Shown here: piece by piece, positions 8,753 to 17,091 of the stretch
Position numbering within the stretch: the stretch's first letter is position 1
Layout: each line of letters starts with the position of its first letter
Assembly: GCA_965261025.1 (NCBI GenBank)
Contig: OZ253438.1
Span: forward strand, 150,001 to 182,000
Origin: Chlamydiales bacterium
GTDB lineage: Bacteria > Chlamydiota > Chlamydiia > Chlamydiales > SM23-39
Direction: 5' to 3'
DNA: 32,000 nt
Made by a program: the position numbers and the translations under genes
Notes under the pieces: model-generated
Database searches by the model: none
What the model was told of the DNA's origin: nothing
What the model saw: the letters and a program-made list of their open reading frames with translations, nothing else

Positions 8753-10480
8753 ATGGAAAAAAAGCAAAAAGGCCTTGTAAGGGTAGGCTCTTTTAGCTTA
8801 TTTGGTTTATTTTTTAGGAAAAAACTACAAAAAATTCTCCATTCTTTGTATAGCAAGAAAAAGAACGGTTTTTATATGTATTATTTTTTTTTCCTTTTTC
8901 TTACCTTTTTTTTCCTGCCAGTAGAAGGGTTTCCTACAAAAAAAGAAAATCTTTTTCAAGGAATTATCGTTTATGAAGGAGAGAGGCCCTCCCTTACAAA
9001 GGGGGAAGGGATTTTTTGTTTTGTTTCTTCAGAAAAAAAAGAAACAGAGAATCTAGAAAGGACTCTTGGTAGCTATTTGCAAAGACCTATCAATAGAGAA
9101 AATCTAGGAAGAATAAAACAAGAGATAGCTCATATTTTTTCAAAATACCCAGAACTTGTAGTGGTAGAGATTCCAGAACAAAAAATAGAAAAAGGAGTAG
9201 TCTCTTTTCGTCTTCTCTGTGCAAAAGTGGGAAAAGTTTCTTATACAGGAAATTACTGGATGCCTCTTTGGCAATACACTAGATATCTTTCCGTAAAAGA
9301 GGGGGAACTTATTCAAAAGAAGACCCTTTTGAATAACGCGGCTTGGGTTAATTTAAATCCTTTTCGTCATGTAGATGTTATTTTTTCTCCGGGGGCAAGA
9401 AAAGGGTTAACCGATATTGAATTTGCTATCAGAGACAGATTTCCTATTAGTCCTTCTCTGGGCATGGATAATACGGGAAATTCCTATACAGGAAACCACC
9501 GCATTTATACAGGATTTCAATGGGGAAATGCTTTTGGTACAGGGGATCTTCTTTCCTACCAATTTACCGTTTCTAACGAGTATAAAAGGTTTTTTTCTCA
9601 CTTTGCAAGCTTTCATGGGTATCTTCCTTGGAAGCATATTTTTCAACTATATGGAGCTTACTCTCGATCCAGACCAGAAGGAGAGGGTTTTTACAGTGAT
9701 GGAAAAAGCTCTCAAATTTCTTTGCGTTATCAAATCCCTTTTTCTCCCTTTTATACAGATTTTTCTCAGCAGTTTTCCTTGGGTTTCGACTATAAGTCTA
9801 TGAACACAAGCATTTTTTTTACCTCTCAAGAAAATCAAAGCGCCCCACAGAGAAAAGCGGCAGATCTTACCCAGGTTGTACTAGAGTATGAACTACAAAA
9901 AAGCTTTTCTAATCAGAGAGTTTTTTTTAAAACGGAAGTTTTTGGCTCTCCTTGTAAAATAACACAAGGGCAAAAGAGTCTCCTCTATTCTTTAATTCGA
10001 GCAGGAGCTAAACCTCTTTATTTTTATGGAAAAGCTCAGGCTAGCTATGTCTATGATTTTTATCCTCATTTCTCCCTTTATGTGGACGCAAGGACTCAGG
10101 TATCCAATAGAACCCTTCTTCCCTCTGAGGCCTTTGGCTTAGGAGGATATGGAACCGTTCGGGGGTATACAGAAAGAGTTTTCATTGCAGATAAGGCTCT
10201 CTTAGCAAATATAGAGTTAAGACACACCCATACTTTTGGCTCTTCTTGGTTTTCTAATGAACTTACCTCTTATCTTTTTATGGATACAGGATGGGGAAGA
10301 AACTATCGTAGAGTAGAAGGACTTCACAAGAAAAAGGACTATTTGTGGAGTGTAGGGCCTGGCGTTAAATGGAAGATAGCTCCCTATTTTCAAGCAAGGA
10401 TTGATTATGGTTTTCAGCTTCATACTTTTGAAGAAAAAGAGTTGGGTAAAATTCACTTTGGTTTAACGGCTCAGTGGTAA
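8753..10480 (+). CDS. TpsB-type outer-membrane transporter (ShlB/FhaC/HecB family, Omp85 superfamily)
   Basis: POTRA-like region (LGRIKQEIAHIFSKYPELVVVEIPEQKIEKGVVSFRLLCAKVGKVSY..., LNPFRHVDVIFSPGARKGLTDIEFAIRDRFP). Beta-barrel region rich in alternating aromatic residues, the conserved L6-loop motif GTVRGY, and a C-terminal aromatic residue (GLTAQW). A signal-like segment begins at Met42 (MYYFFFLFLTFFFLPVEG, ATG 8876), so the true start may be 8876. Confidence 0.8.
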   Translation: MEKKQKGLVRVGSFSLFGLFFRKKLQKILHSLYSKKKNGFYMYYFFFLFLTFFFLPVEGFPTKKENLFQGIIVYEGERPSLTKGEGIFCFVSSEKKETENLERTLGSYLQRPINRENLGRIKQEIAHIFSKYPELVVVEIPEQKIEKGVVSFRLLCAKVGKVSYTGNYWMPLWQYTRYLSVKEGELIQKKTLLNNAAWVNLNPFRHVDVIFSPGARKGLTDIEFAIRDRFPISPSLGMDNTGNSYTGNHRIYTGFQWGNAFGTGDLLSYQFTVSNEYKRFFSHFASFHGYLPWKHIFQLYGAYSRSRPEGEGFYSDGKSSQISLRYQIPFSPFYTDFSQQFSLGFDYKSMNTSIFFTSQENQSAPQRKAADLTQVVLEYELQKSFSNQRVFFKTEVFGSPCKITQGQKSLLYSLIRAGAKPLYFYGKAQASYVYDFYPHFSLYVDARTQVSNRTLLPSEAFGLGGYGTVRGYTERVFIADKALLANIELRHTHTFGSSWFSNELTSYLFMDTGWGRNYRRVEGLHKKKDYLWSVGPGVKWKIAPYFQARIDYGFQLHTFEEKELGKIHFGLTAQW

Positions 10481-10500
10481 GGAAAAAGAGCCTTATCTTT

Positions 10501-11331
10501 TTATCCCCGGGAAGGTTCAAAAAAATAGGGAAAGCCGACAGATATCCAACAGCCAAGTAGAAAAGCAGAAAAACTTGCTGAAAGCGGAGTAAAAATTTTC
10601 AAAAAGAACACCCAGAAAAAAAGGGTAACTACAGCAAGGGCTCCTTTATACAGCTTCGGTCTTACCTTTTTTGCCGTTTTTTGAAACAAGAAAAGACCCA
10701 AAGCAACTCCCATAGCAGAATGCATCACATAAAGAATCCTTACATCGGGATATAAAAATTCTATAATGAGAGGAATAAATATCCCCCATCTAAGGCGGGA
10801 AAGGGGGGACTGTTTTTGAAAAAAAATTTCTAAGATAGGAAAAGCTCTTTTGTAGAAGAGGAATAAAAAGATTCCCAGGATCCATCCCCCCAAGATATCA
10901 ATAGGAAAATGAACGTTTAAATAAAGCCTTGAAAAGCTAACTAGAAGGATATAAAAAAAACTAAACACCCTTACCCCGATATTTCGAGTATAGGAAAAAA
11001 GAAGAAGCCCTAAAAGCATGGCTGTTTGAGCTGCTCCACTGGGAAAGCCGTAGCTTAAAGGGGGACGGATAAGACAGATCCCAGGGTCCAAAGAGCAAGG
11101 CCTCGGAAGTTGGAAAAGATTTTTACTAACGATGTTTACCAAGGCGCTTAAAAGCAAAATATAAAGAAGTCGGAGTCCTTTTTTCGGATCTAAAGCAAAC
11201 CAGATGAAGGGAATAACTACGAAAATAAAATACTCCGTGTCAAAAAAGACACAAAGTTTAAAAAAACAGTCCCAGAAAGGGGTTCGAGGAATCGCCAGAA
11301 GCCAGTTTTTTTGCGCTAAAAAAAAGTCCAC
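10501..11331 (-). CDS. PAP2-superfamily integral membrane phosphatase-like protein (paralog 1)
   Basis: PAP2 motifs: C1 SKNLFQLPRP (K-x6-RP), C2 FPSGAAQ (canonical PSGH; the His is absent), C3 SRLYLNVHFPIDILGG (SR-x5-H-x3-D). Multiple hydrophobic helices. GTG start at 11331, 15 nt after the upstream stop. Confidence 0.8.
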   Translation of the reverse strand: MDFFLAQKNWLLAIPRTPFWDCFFKLCVFFDTEYFIFVVIPFIWFALDPKKGLRLLYILLLSALVNIVSKNLFQLPRPCSLDPGICLIRPPLSYGFPSGAAQTAMLLGLLLFSYTRNIGVRVFSFFYILLVSFSRLYLNVHFPIDILGGWILGIFLFLFYKRAFPILEIFFQKQSPLSRLRWGIFIPLIIEFLYPDVRILYVMHSAMGVALGLFLFQKTAKKVRPKLYKGALAVVTLFFWVFFLKIFTPLSASFSAFLLGCWISVGFPYFFEPSRG

Positions 11332-11346
11332 GAGAAATAAACCTCT

Positions 11347-11790
11347 TTATACAGGAAGAGAAGTTTCTAATGGCTCTTGTAAGAGGTCTTCTTCAGAAGG
11401 AGAAAGAAGGGGCTCCATTTTTTCTGGCTCTCCTAAGGAAGTCACTCTCATATCTAGTTGTGACTCTGAAACTAATACTCTTTTATTTTCTATTTCAACT
11501 AGGTAAAGAATCGACTTTGGACTCAGTGCCCTTTTCCCCAAGATCTGAATCTTGTGAGAGGAGGAAGGGATTTTTCTTTTTTGCAGGACCTTTCTGAGAA
11601 ACCACAAGGAAAAACCCGCTAGCGCTAGAAAAAAAAGAAGAGAGAGAAACATTTTTAAAAAGGCATGAGAATAATTATCCATATCAAGAAGAGAAGGAGG
11701 AGGCAAGGAAGCCTCTTCTGCCAGCTCGGAATAGACAATCTCATCCTTTGCAAAAAGGGAAAAGATCTTTGGCAAAAGAAAGTAAATCAT
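11347..11790 (-). CDS. Small single-pass membrane protein with a FliO-like pattern
   Basis: One TM helix (FLKMFLSLLFFLALAGFSLWFL) followed by RKVLQKRKIPSSSHKIQILGKRALSPKSILYLVEIENKRVLVSESQLDMRVTSL. This parallels the FliO layout (TM, WL.KRL, then l.i....Lg.re.l.lv.v.....LlGvt...i..L). Motif-level resemblance only. Confidence 0.4.
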   Translation of the reverse strand: MIYFLLPKIFSLFAKDEIVYSELAEEASLPPPSLLDMDNYSHAFLKMFLSLLFFLALAGFSLWFLRKVLQKRKIPSSSHKIQILGKRALSPKSILYLVEIENKRVLVSESQLDMRVTSLGEPEKMEPLLSPSEEDLLQEPLETSLPV

Positions 11791-11909
11791 AACTTTTCTC
11801 CCTGAATTTCCTTAGCTTATACAAGCTTTTTCCTTTTTCTTCCTCAGAAAATTTGATTTTTTTTAAAAAGAAACTTTTTTATGATTTTCCCCTTTTTAAG
11901 GGAGGGTGT

Positions 11910-12662
11910 ATGAGAAAGTTCCTTTTGCTAGCAGCACTGTTTTTTACCACAAATTTAATAGGCTTTTCCAAAGAGATTGCCTTACAAGAAATAGAGAGAA
12001 CCTATGATACTTCGGTTCGTGAAGGGGGGATTAATAGCTACTCCATGAGTAAAAGCTGGTTTTCTATGGCTCTTGCTAGCCCGGTAAAAGAAAAGATTCA
12101 AAATATAGGTTTTTCAGTAGTTCAGGTCTTACAAGATCATGTCAATAGGATAAAAGAGATTTGTGAAAGATATCCAGAAGAGGCTATTAGTATTTACTTT
12201 TTAGAAAAATACCTTCCTCTCTATGAAAGGCAGTCGAAGGAAAAACTCATAAAGGTAGTTCTTTTCTTCAAGCTTGGTTTGGCTGAGGTAGAAAATGTAT
12301 TTACCCTCTCCGAAGTAAGAGAATATGCCTTGGAATCGATTATAAAGCAGCAGATTGCTAAAGACTTGATTCCCCCTGGAACTTTTCTAGAGGAAATAAA
12401 AAAAGAGATAGAAGAAGAAACGCTACAAAAGATCCTTCTTATCTGTAGAAGAGAAGAGGAGACCTTTTTTCAACAAATGCATCAGGAACTGCTTCATTAT
12501 GAAACCCTTCAAGATTATTACGGCCAAATAGACTTAAAAGGAGTCTTTTTTAAAGTATTGCAGGAACGCTTTAATACAGAAAGCAATGTAGAAAGGGAGA
12601 TTAAGACATTGATTCTTGAATATAAGTCCATTACAGAAAATCTTTCTGGAGGTATTTTTTAA
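11910..12662 (+). CDS. Secreted orphan protein (~250 aa)
   Basis: The track ORF begins at TTG 11853. ATG 11910 is preceded by GGAGGG (11901..11906) and opens a classic signal peptide (MRKFLLLAALFFTTNLIGFS). No family recognised. Confidence 0.65.
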   Translation: MRKFLLLAALFFTTNLIGFSKEIALQEIERTYDTSVREGGINSYSMSKSWFSMALASPVKEKIQNIGFSVVQVLQDHVNRIKEICERYPEEAISIYFLEKYLPLYERQSKEKLIKVVLFFKLGLAEVENVFTLSEVREYALESIIKQQIAKDLIPPGTFLEEIKKEIEEETLQKILLICRREEETFFQQMHQELLHYETLQDYYGQIDLKGVFFKVLQERFNTESNVEREIKTLILEYKSITENLSGGIF

Positions 12663-12670
12663 ATAAAGAT

Positions 12671-12702
12671 AAGTTAATTTTTTTATAAAATCAAATTAAC
12701 TT
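12671..12702 (+). terminator. Perfect 10-bp inverted repeat (possible weak intrinsic terminator) downstream of the 11910..12662 gene
   Basis: AAGTTAATTT (12671..12680) and AAATTAACTT (12693..12702) are exact reverse complements separated by a 12-nt loop, starting 9 nt after the stop. The stem is almost all A/T and the T-run is not immediately adjacent, so terminator function is uncertain. Confidence 0.3.
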
Positions 12703-12745
12703 GAGTTTTAATTCTTTTTTAATAAAATAAAGAAGAGGGGTTTTT

Positions 12746-13210
12746 ATGAAAAAGATCTTCTTTTTTATTTTGGTTTTATCTCAGTTGAGAGCGGGGGCTA
12801 GCTCGGAGAACTTAGGGGAAGGGATTTATATACAAAAGGAGCTTTCGAAGAATCAGTTCTCTTTGATCTATACTTCTACAGGGAATTTTTCGCGTGAAAG
12901 AGCCCGCAGGTCTTTACTGCGTAAAGCCTCTGAGGTTACTCTACAGAAAGGATTTCGGTTTTTTGCCATAGATCGAGAAGAAGGGGTCATTTTAGCAAAA
13001 AAAGGGAATGAATATAGGGAGCTTCCTAGGAATCAGTATCAGGAAAAGATCATAGGAGAAGAAGCAGAAGGGGAGGCTAAGGGGAAAGATATACCGAAAA
13101 TGAATCTTTGTAAGGGTTACAAGATGGAGGTACGCCTTTTTCACAAGAAGCAAAGAGGAGCAAAAGAGCCTTGCAGATACGCAAACTGCCAAAAAAGAGA
13201 AGGATTATAA
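12746..13210 (+). CDS. Small secreted orphan protein (154 aa)
   Basis: ATG 12746 preceded by AGAGGGG. Signal peptide MKKIFFFILVLSQLRAGASS. Charged mature part with no family recognised. Confidence 0.65.
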   Translation: MKKIFFFILVLSQLRAGASSENLGEGIYIQKELSKNQFSLIYTSTGNFSRERARRSLLRKASEVTLQKGFRFFAIDREEGVILAKKGNEYRELPRNQYQEKIIGEEAEGEAKGKDIPKMNLCKGYKMEVRLFHKKQRGAKEPCRYANCQKREGL

Positions 13211-13238
13211 ACTAAAGGCTCTTTCCCTATTCTTTAGG

Positions 13239-14096
13239 TTAGACGCTTTCTTTTTCTAAAGAAGAGTCAATATGGAGCACCCTATGGGGATGGATAAATG
13301 TATAACCAGAGCTCTTTATGGCATGGTTGGATACTTTTTTATTTCCTCGGTTTAATCTAGTTAGCTGAGGGTCCCATACGATTCTAGACAGGTCTAAATG
13401 GTCGGCTATTTTGTTGTAGAATTCTTTCCGAGTAGGGTGATCATCATCTGCTAGGTTAAACAGCCCTTCTAAGTGGTGGGTTAAAGCGTGATGGATTACG
13501 CCTACGATATCTTCTATATGCACCATGTTCGTAAAATAGTTTCCTGTGCCAGGAAGCACGCGGCCTTGTAAATGGCGCACCCTTTGAGAGAGGTCTCTTC
13601 CAGGTCCATAGATTTCAGCAAGTCTAAATAAAGTAACTTTCCATCCTAGAGAGGTCAAAGAAAGATATTCTTTTTCTGTTTCTACCAAAATCTTTCCCTC
13701 TTGACTGGCTGTTAGAAGAGAGGAAGTCTCATCCACCCATTTTCCCTGATGATCTCCGTAGACAGAAGCAGAGCTTGTATAAAACAAAGTTTTTTTCTCT
13801 TTGAGTTTAGAAGCGGCATAATGGATGGATTGGGCTGTTCTAAGGTAGGTTTTTTTATAATCTTCTACAGAATCCGCCGCTACTGTCACCAAGATGATAT
13901 CATTAGTTTGTAATAAACGAAGCATCTCTTCTTGGTTTTCTCCACTGAGTAAAAAACTTCTCTGGGTAATTTTTTGTAAAGGGGCAATATTTTCCTTAGA
14001 ACGGGTAGTACAGGTGAGTACAAATTCCTTTTTTAAAGACCAAAACCGGGCCAAGGCTTTTCCTACATATCCACAACCTAAAATAGCGATGCGCAT
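13239..14096 (-). CDS. NAD(P)-binding SDR / NAD-dependent epimerase-dehydratase family protein
   Basis: N-terminal Rossmann motif MRIAILGCGYVGKALA and extended-SDR-like FYTSSASVYG. Its ATG (14094..14096) directly abuts the stop of the upstream exonuclease gene, which suggests an operon. Confidence 0.75.
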   Translation of the reverse strand: MRIAILGCGYVGKALARFWSLKKEFVLTCTTRSKENIAPLQKITQRSFLLSGENQEEMLRLLQTNDIILVTVAADSVEDYKKTYLRTAQSIHYAASKLKEKKTLFYTSSASVYGDHQGKWVDETSSLLTASQEGKILVETEKEYLSLTSLGWKVTLFRLAEIYGPGRDLSQRVRHLQGRVLPGTGNYFTNMVHIEDIVGVIHHALTHHLEGLFNLADDDHPTRKEFYNKIADHLDLSRIVWDPQLTRLNRGNKKVSNHAIKSSGYTFIHPHRVLHIDSSLEKESV

Positions 14097-14789
14097 CTAA
14101 AGCAATCCCACCTCTTGAAAGGCCTCTTTTAAAGTTTCATTTTCCTGTTTCTCAAAAGCCCCACTTTTTTCCAGCCAGCTCACATAACTTTGGGGAATTT
14201 GGTCTAAGGGTTTTCCCTGGTGTTTTCCAAAAGGCATGCGCGAGATCTTCCCCTCTTTTTTCATAAGTTCTAACACGGTATCAATTGGAAGATCATCTAT
14301 CAAGTGGGAAAATACTGATTTCAATATCTTTACATCATCCAAAGCCCTATGAGCTCGGTTTTCCGGTATTTTGTATACTTCTCTTAAATATTGCAAAGAA
14401 TGTTTTGGTAGATCAGGGCGATATTTTCTCGCCCATTTCAAGGAGTCAAAAAAAGTCCAATCAGGAAAAGAAAGGGAAGCTTCCTTGTACTCTGACTGTA
14501 GAAAAGGGAGGTCAAAAGCGTCATTATTGTGAGCTATCAGCACTGTTTCTCCTTCACAAAAAGAGGCAAACTCTCTTGCAATACTTTCAAAAGAAGGCGC
14601 TTCTTTGACCATAGCATCCGTAATTCCATGAATCCGGGTAGCTTCCTCAGGGATAGGGATTTTAGGATTTATAAAATGACAAAAGGACTTTTCATAGACA
14701 GGATCATAGGCTGCAATCTCTATAATTTTATCTTTTCCAGGCTTTATTCCTGTAGTTTCTGTATCATAGTAAATGGGTCTTTTTGCCAT
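14097..14789 (-). CDS. DEDDh 3'-5' exonuclease (DnaQ/epsilon-like) with a small C-terminal extension domain
   Basis: Exo I YYDTETTGI, Exo II IAHNNDAFDLPFL, Exo III HRALDDVKIL. The C-terminal MPFGKHQGKPLDQIPQSYVSWL resembles the short domain often appended to such exonucleases. The track start is ATG 14819, but ATG 14789 (MAKRPIYY) has the better purine-rich upstream region. Confidence 0.85.
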   Translation of the reverse strand: MAKRPIYYDTETTGIKPGKDKIIEIAAYDPVYEKSFCHFINPKIPIPEEATRIHGITDAMVKEAPSFESIAREFASFCEGETVLIAHNNDAFDLPFLQSEYKEASLSFPDWTFFDSLKWARKYRPDLPKHSLQYLREVYKIPENRAHRALDDVKILKSVFSHLIDDLPIDTVLELMKKEGKISRMPFGKHQGKPLDQIPQSYVSWLEKSGAFEKQENETLKEAFQEVGLL

Positions 14790-14863
14790 TTCTTTTTCCC
14801 TTTTTTTCTTTCTTTGCATAGAATAGAGGAAAAAAATCTTTGGAGCAAGATCTTAGGTTTTCT

Positions 14864-15040
14864 ATGGTAATGAAGAGTCTAAAGAAGGTACTTATTTTTT
14901 CTTTTCTATTGGGTTGTTGCTCTGGTTGTTTTCAGGCTTATAGTAATGGAGATCAAGAAGAGCTTCGAACCGTTCCCGTTACAAATAATCCCCATATCGT
15001 TCCCCAGGTTCCAGGAGGAATTCCTGGCTCTCACTTCTAG
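14864..15040 (+). CDS. Small putative lipoprotein (~58 aa)
   Basis: MVMKSLKKVLIFSFLLGCCSGC has a signal peptide with a lipobox-like LLGC. The track ORF starts at TTG 14840. The ORF is short, so coding status is not certain. Confidence 0.4.
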   Translation: MVMKSLKKVLIFSFLLGCCSGCFQAYSNGDQEELRTVPVTNNPHIVPQVPGGIPGSHF

Positions 15041-15097
15041 GTTTCCAGGCTTGCCTTTTTATGGATAATTCGTTTAAAGGAGAGGTAAAGGTTTTGT

Positions 15098-16099
15098 ATG
15101 CAGTTTCCCTTTTCCTTTGACATAGAAAAAGTTTTCCAAGAGCTTGGAAAGGAAAAGCTTGTACAGGCTTTGGAAAAGATGCTTTTGATTCGTAATTTTG
15201 AAATAAGAGCAGAAGCTGCTTATCAACAAGGAAAGATAGGGGGTTTTTTTCACTCTTATATAGGACAAGAAGCCATACAAACTGCAGTGGTAGAAGCCTG
15301 TGGAACCAATCACTGGTTTACTACCACCTATCGATGTCATGCTCTTGCTTTATTACTGGGAGCTACACCTGAGGAGATTATGGCCGAGCTATACGGCAAA
15401 AAAACGGGAAATGTGCAAGGTAGAGGTGGCTCAATGCATCTTTATACAGAAAGGATGCTGGGAGGGTTTGGAATTGTAGGAGGGCATGCTCCTATTGCTA
15501 CAGGAGCCGGTTTTGCCTTGAAATATCAGGAAAAAAAAGAGGAAATATCTTGGTGTTTCTCAGGAGAAGGAGCTATGGCACAAGGAGCAGTTTATGAGTC
15601 TTTGAATTTAGCTTCTTTATGGGGTCTTCCTGTCATTTATGTAATAGAGAATAATCATTGGGGTATGGGAACGCATGTTTCTAAAGCTCTTTCTATTCAC
15701 CCCATTGCAGAAAAGCTAGCTACGGCTTTTGGTCTAAAAGGGTATACTTTGAATGGAATGGACTTTTTGGAATGTTTTCTTTTTTTTCGAGAAGCTTTAC
15801 AAGAGGTGCTCAAAACTTCAAGACCTATTTTAGTAGAGGCTGTTACAGAAAGATTCAAAGGACATTCCGTTTCTGATCCAGGCTCTTACCGTTCCAAAGA
15901 AGAGCTACAAAAAGCCATGGAAAAAGATCCCATTTTCCTGCTAAAAAGAGAGATGCTTTCTAAAAATCTTCTTACTGAGGAAGAATTTAAAGAAATAGAG
16001 AAAAAGCAGAGAGAAAGAGCTATTGCTTCAATGGAATTTGCGGAGAAAAGTCCTTTTCCGAGTTCTACTGATCTAGAAGAAGGAGTTTTTGCTCCGTGA
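15098..16099 (+). CDS. pdhA: Pyruvate dehydrogenase E1 component, alpha subunit
   Basis: Heterotetrameric-type E1 alpha motifs: GGFFHSYIGQEAI, GRGGSMHLY, GIVGGHAPIATGAGFA, and the TPP-binding stretch GEGAMAQGAVYESLNLASLWGLPVIYVIENNHWGMGT. AAGGAG lies upstream, followed by the E1 beta and E2 genes. Confidence 0.92.
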   Translation: MQFPFSFDIEKVFQELGKEKLVQALEKMLLIRNFEIRAEAAYQQGKIGGFFHSYIGQEAIQTAVVEACGTNHWFTTTYRCHALALLLGATPEEIMAELYGKKTGNVQGRGGSMHLYTERMLGGFGIVGGHAPIATGAGFALKYQEKKEEISWCFSGEGAMAQGAVYESLNLASLWGLPVIYVIENNHWGMGTHVSKALSIHPIAEKLATAFGLKGYTLNGMDFLECFLFFREALQEVLKTSRPILVEAVTERFKGHSVSDPGSYRSKEELQKAMEKDPIFLLKREMLSKNLLTEEEFKEIEKKQRERAIASMEFAEKSPFPSSTDLEEGVFAP

Positions 16100-17082
16100 A
16101 ACAAACACAAGAAGTAGAAACAAGAGAGGCTTTGAGACAGGCTATAGAAGAAGAGATGGCTCTTGACGATCGGGTATTTGTTCTCGGAGAAGAAGTAGGT
16201 GAGTACAATGGCGCTTATAAAGTGACCAAAGGAATGTTAGATAAATGGGGTTCTAAAAGAATCATAGATTCTCCCATTGCAGAAGGGGGATTTGCCGGTC
16301 TTGCTATTGGAGCTGCTCTTTGTGGCCTGCGTCCTATTGTGGAATTTATGAGTTGGAATTTTTCCTTTGTAGCAGCAGATCAGCTTCTTTCCAATGCTTG
16401 TAAAATGCATTATATGTCGGGGGGAAGATTTTCCGTTCCCATAGTATTTCGAGGACCAAATGGTGCGGCAGCTCAGGTGAGCTGTCAGCATTCTCATTGT
16501 GTAGAAGCGTTTTATAGTAATTTGCCAGGTTGGATTATTCTAGCTCCTTCCAACCCCTATGATGCAAAAGGACTTTTAAAATCGGCCATTCGCAATAATA
16601 ATCCTGTTCTTTTTCTCGAAAATGAACTCGACTATGGAGATAAGATGGAAATTCCCCACGAACCCTATACAGCTCCTATAGGAAGGGCTCGTGTAGTAAA
16701 GGAAGGAAAACAGGTCACTCTTGTTTCTTATAGCCGTATGTTAAAGCTTGCTTTACAAGCAGCTGAAGAATTAGAAAAAAAGGAGAAAATCAGCTGTGAG
16801 GTAATTGACCTTCGTACGATTAAACCTTTAGATATTGCTACGGTTTGTAAGTCGATTCAAAAAACCCACTTTTGTGTTCTAATAGAAGAGGGACACTTTT
16901 TTGCTGGGATCTGTGCTGAAGTGGGATTTCAAATTATGGAGCATGCTCTTGATTTTTTAGATGCACCTATTAAGAGAGTGTGTCAAAAAGAAACTCCTAT
17001 GCCTTATTCTAAGATTTTAGAAAAAAATACTTTGCCTAATGTATCTCGTATCATAGAGGCAGTTCAAGAAGTTATAAGCTAA
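16096..17082 (+). CDS. pdhB: Pyruvate dehydrogenase E1 component, beta subunit
   Basis: DSPIAEGGFAGLAIGAALCGLRPIVEFMSWNF and a transketolase-like C-terminal domain. The GTG start (16096) overlaps the pdhA TGA stop (GTGA), which implies translational coupling. Confidence 0.92.
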   Translation: MKQTQEVETREALRQAIEEEMALDDRVFVLGEEVGEYNGAYKVTKGMLDKWGSKRIIDSPIAEGGFAGLAIGAALCGLRPIVEFMSWNFSFVAADQLLSNACKMHYMSGGRFSVPIVFRGPNGAAAQVSCQHSHCVEAFYSNLPGWIILAPSNPYDAKGLLKSAIRNNNPVLFLENELDYGDKMEIPHEPYTAPIGRARVVKEGKQVTLVSYSRMLKLALQAAEELEKKEKISCEVIDLRTIKPLDIATVCKSIQKTHFCVLIEEGHFFAGICAEVGFQIMEHALDFLDAPIKRVCQKETPMPYSKILEKNTLPNVSRIIEAVQEVIS

Positions 17083-17091
17083 AGAGGAATT

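Noticed and set aside
10482-10502. Short A/T hairpin (GGAAAAAG...CTTTTTATCC) between the convergent tpsB-like and PAP2 genes as a bidirectional terminator
   Set aside because: The stem is short, bulged and nearly all A/T, and it overlaps the PAP2 stop codon. It is too weak to call.
15563-15571. The TPP-binding motif of PdhA reads GEG instead of the usual GDG
   Set aside because: This is a conservative Asp-to-Glu change at a metal-binding position, and the rest of the motif (..ENN) and the protein are intact. It is not evidence of inactivation without an alignment to orthologs.
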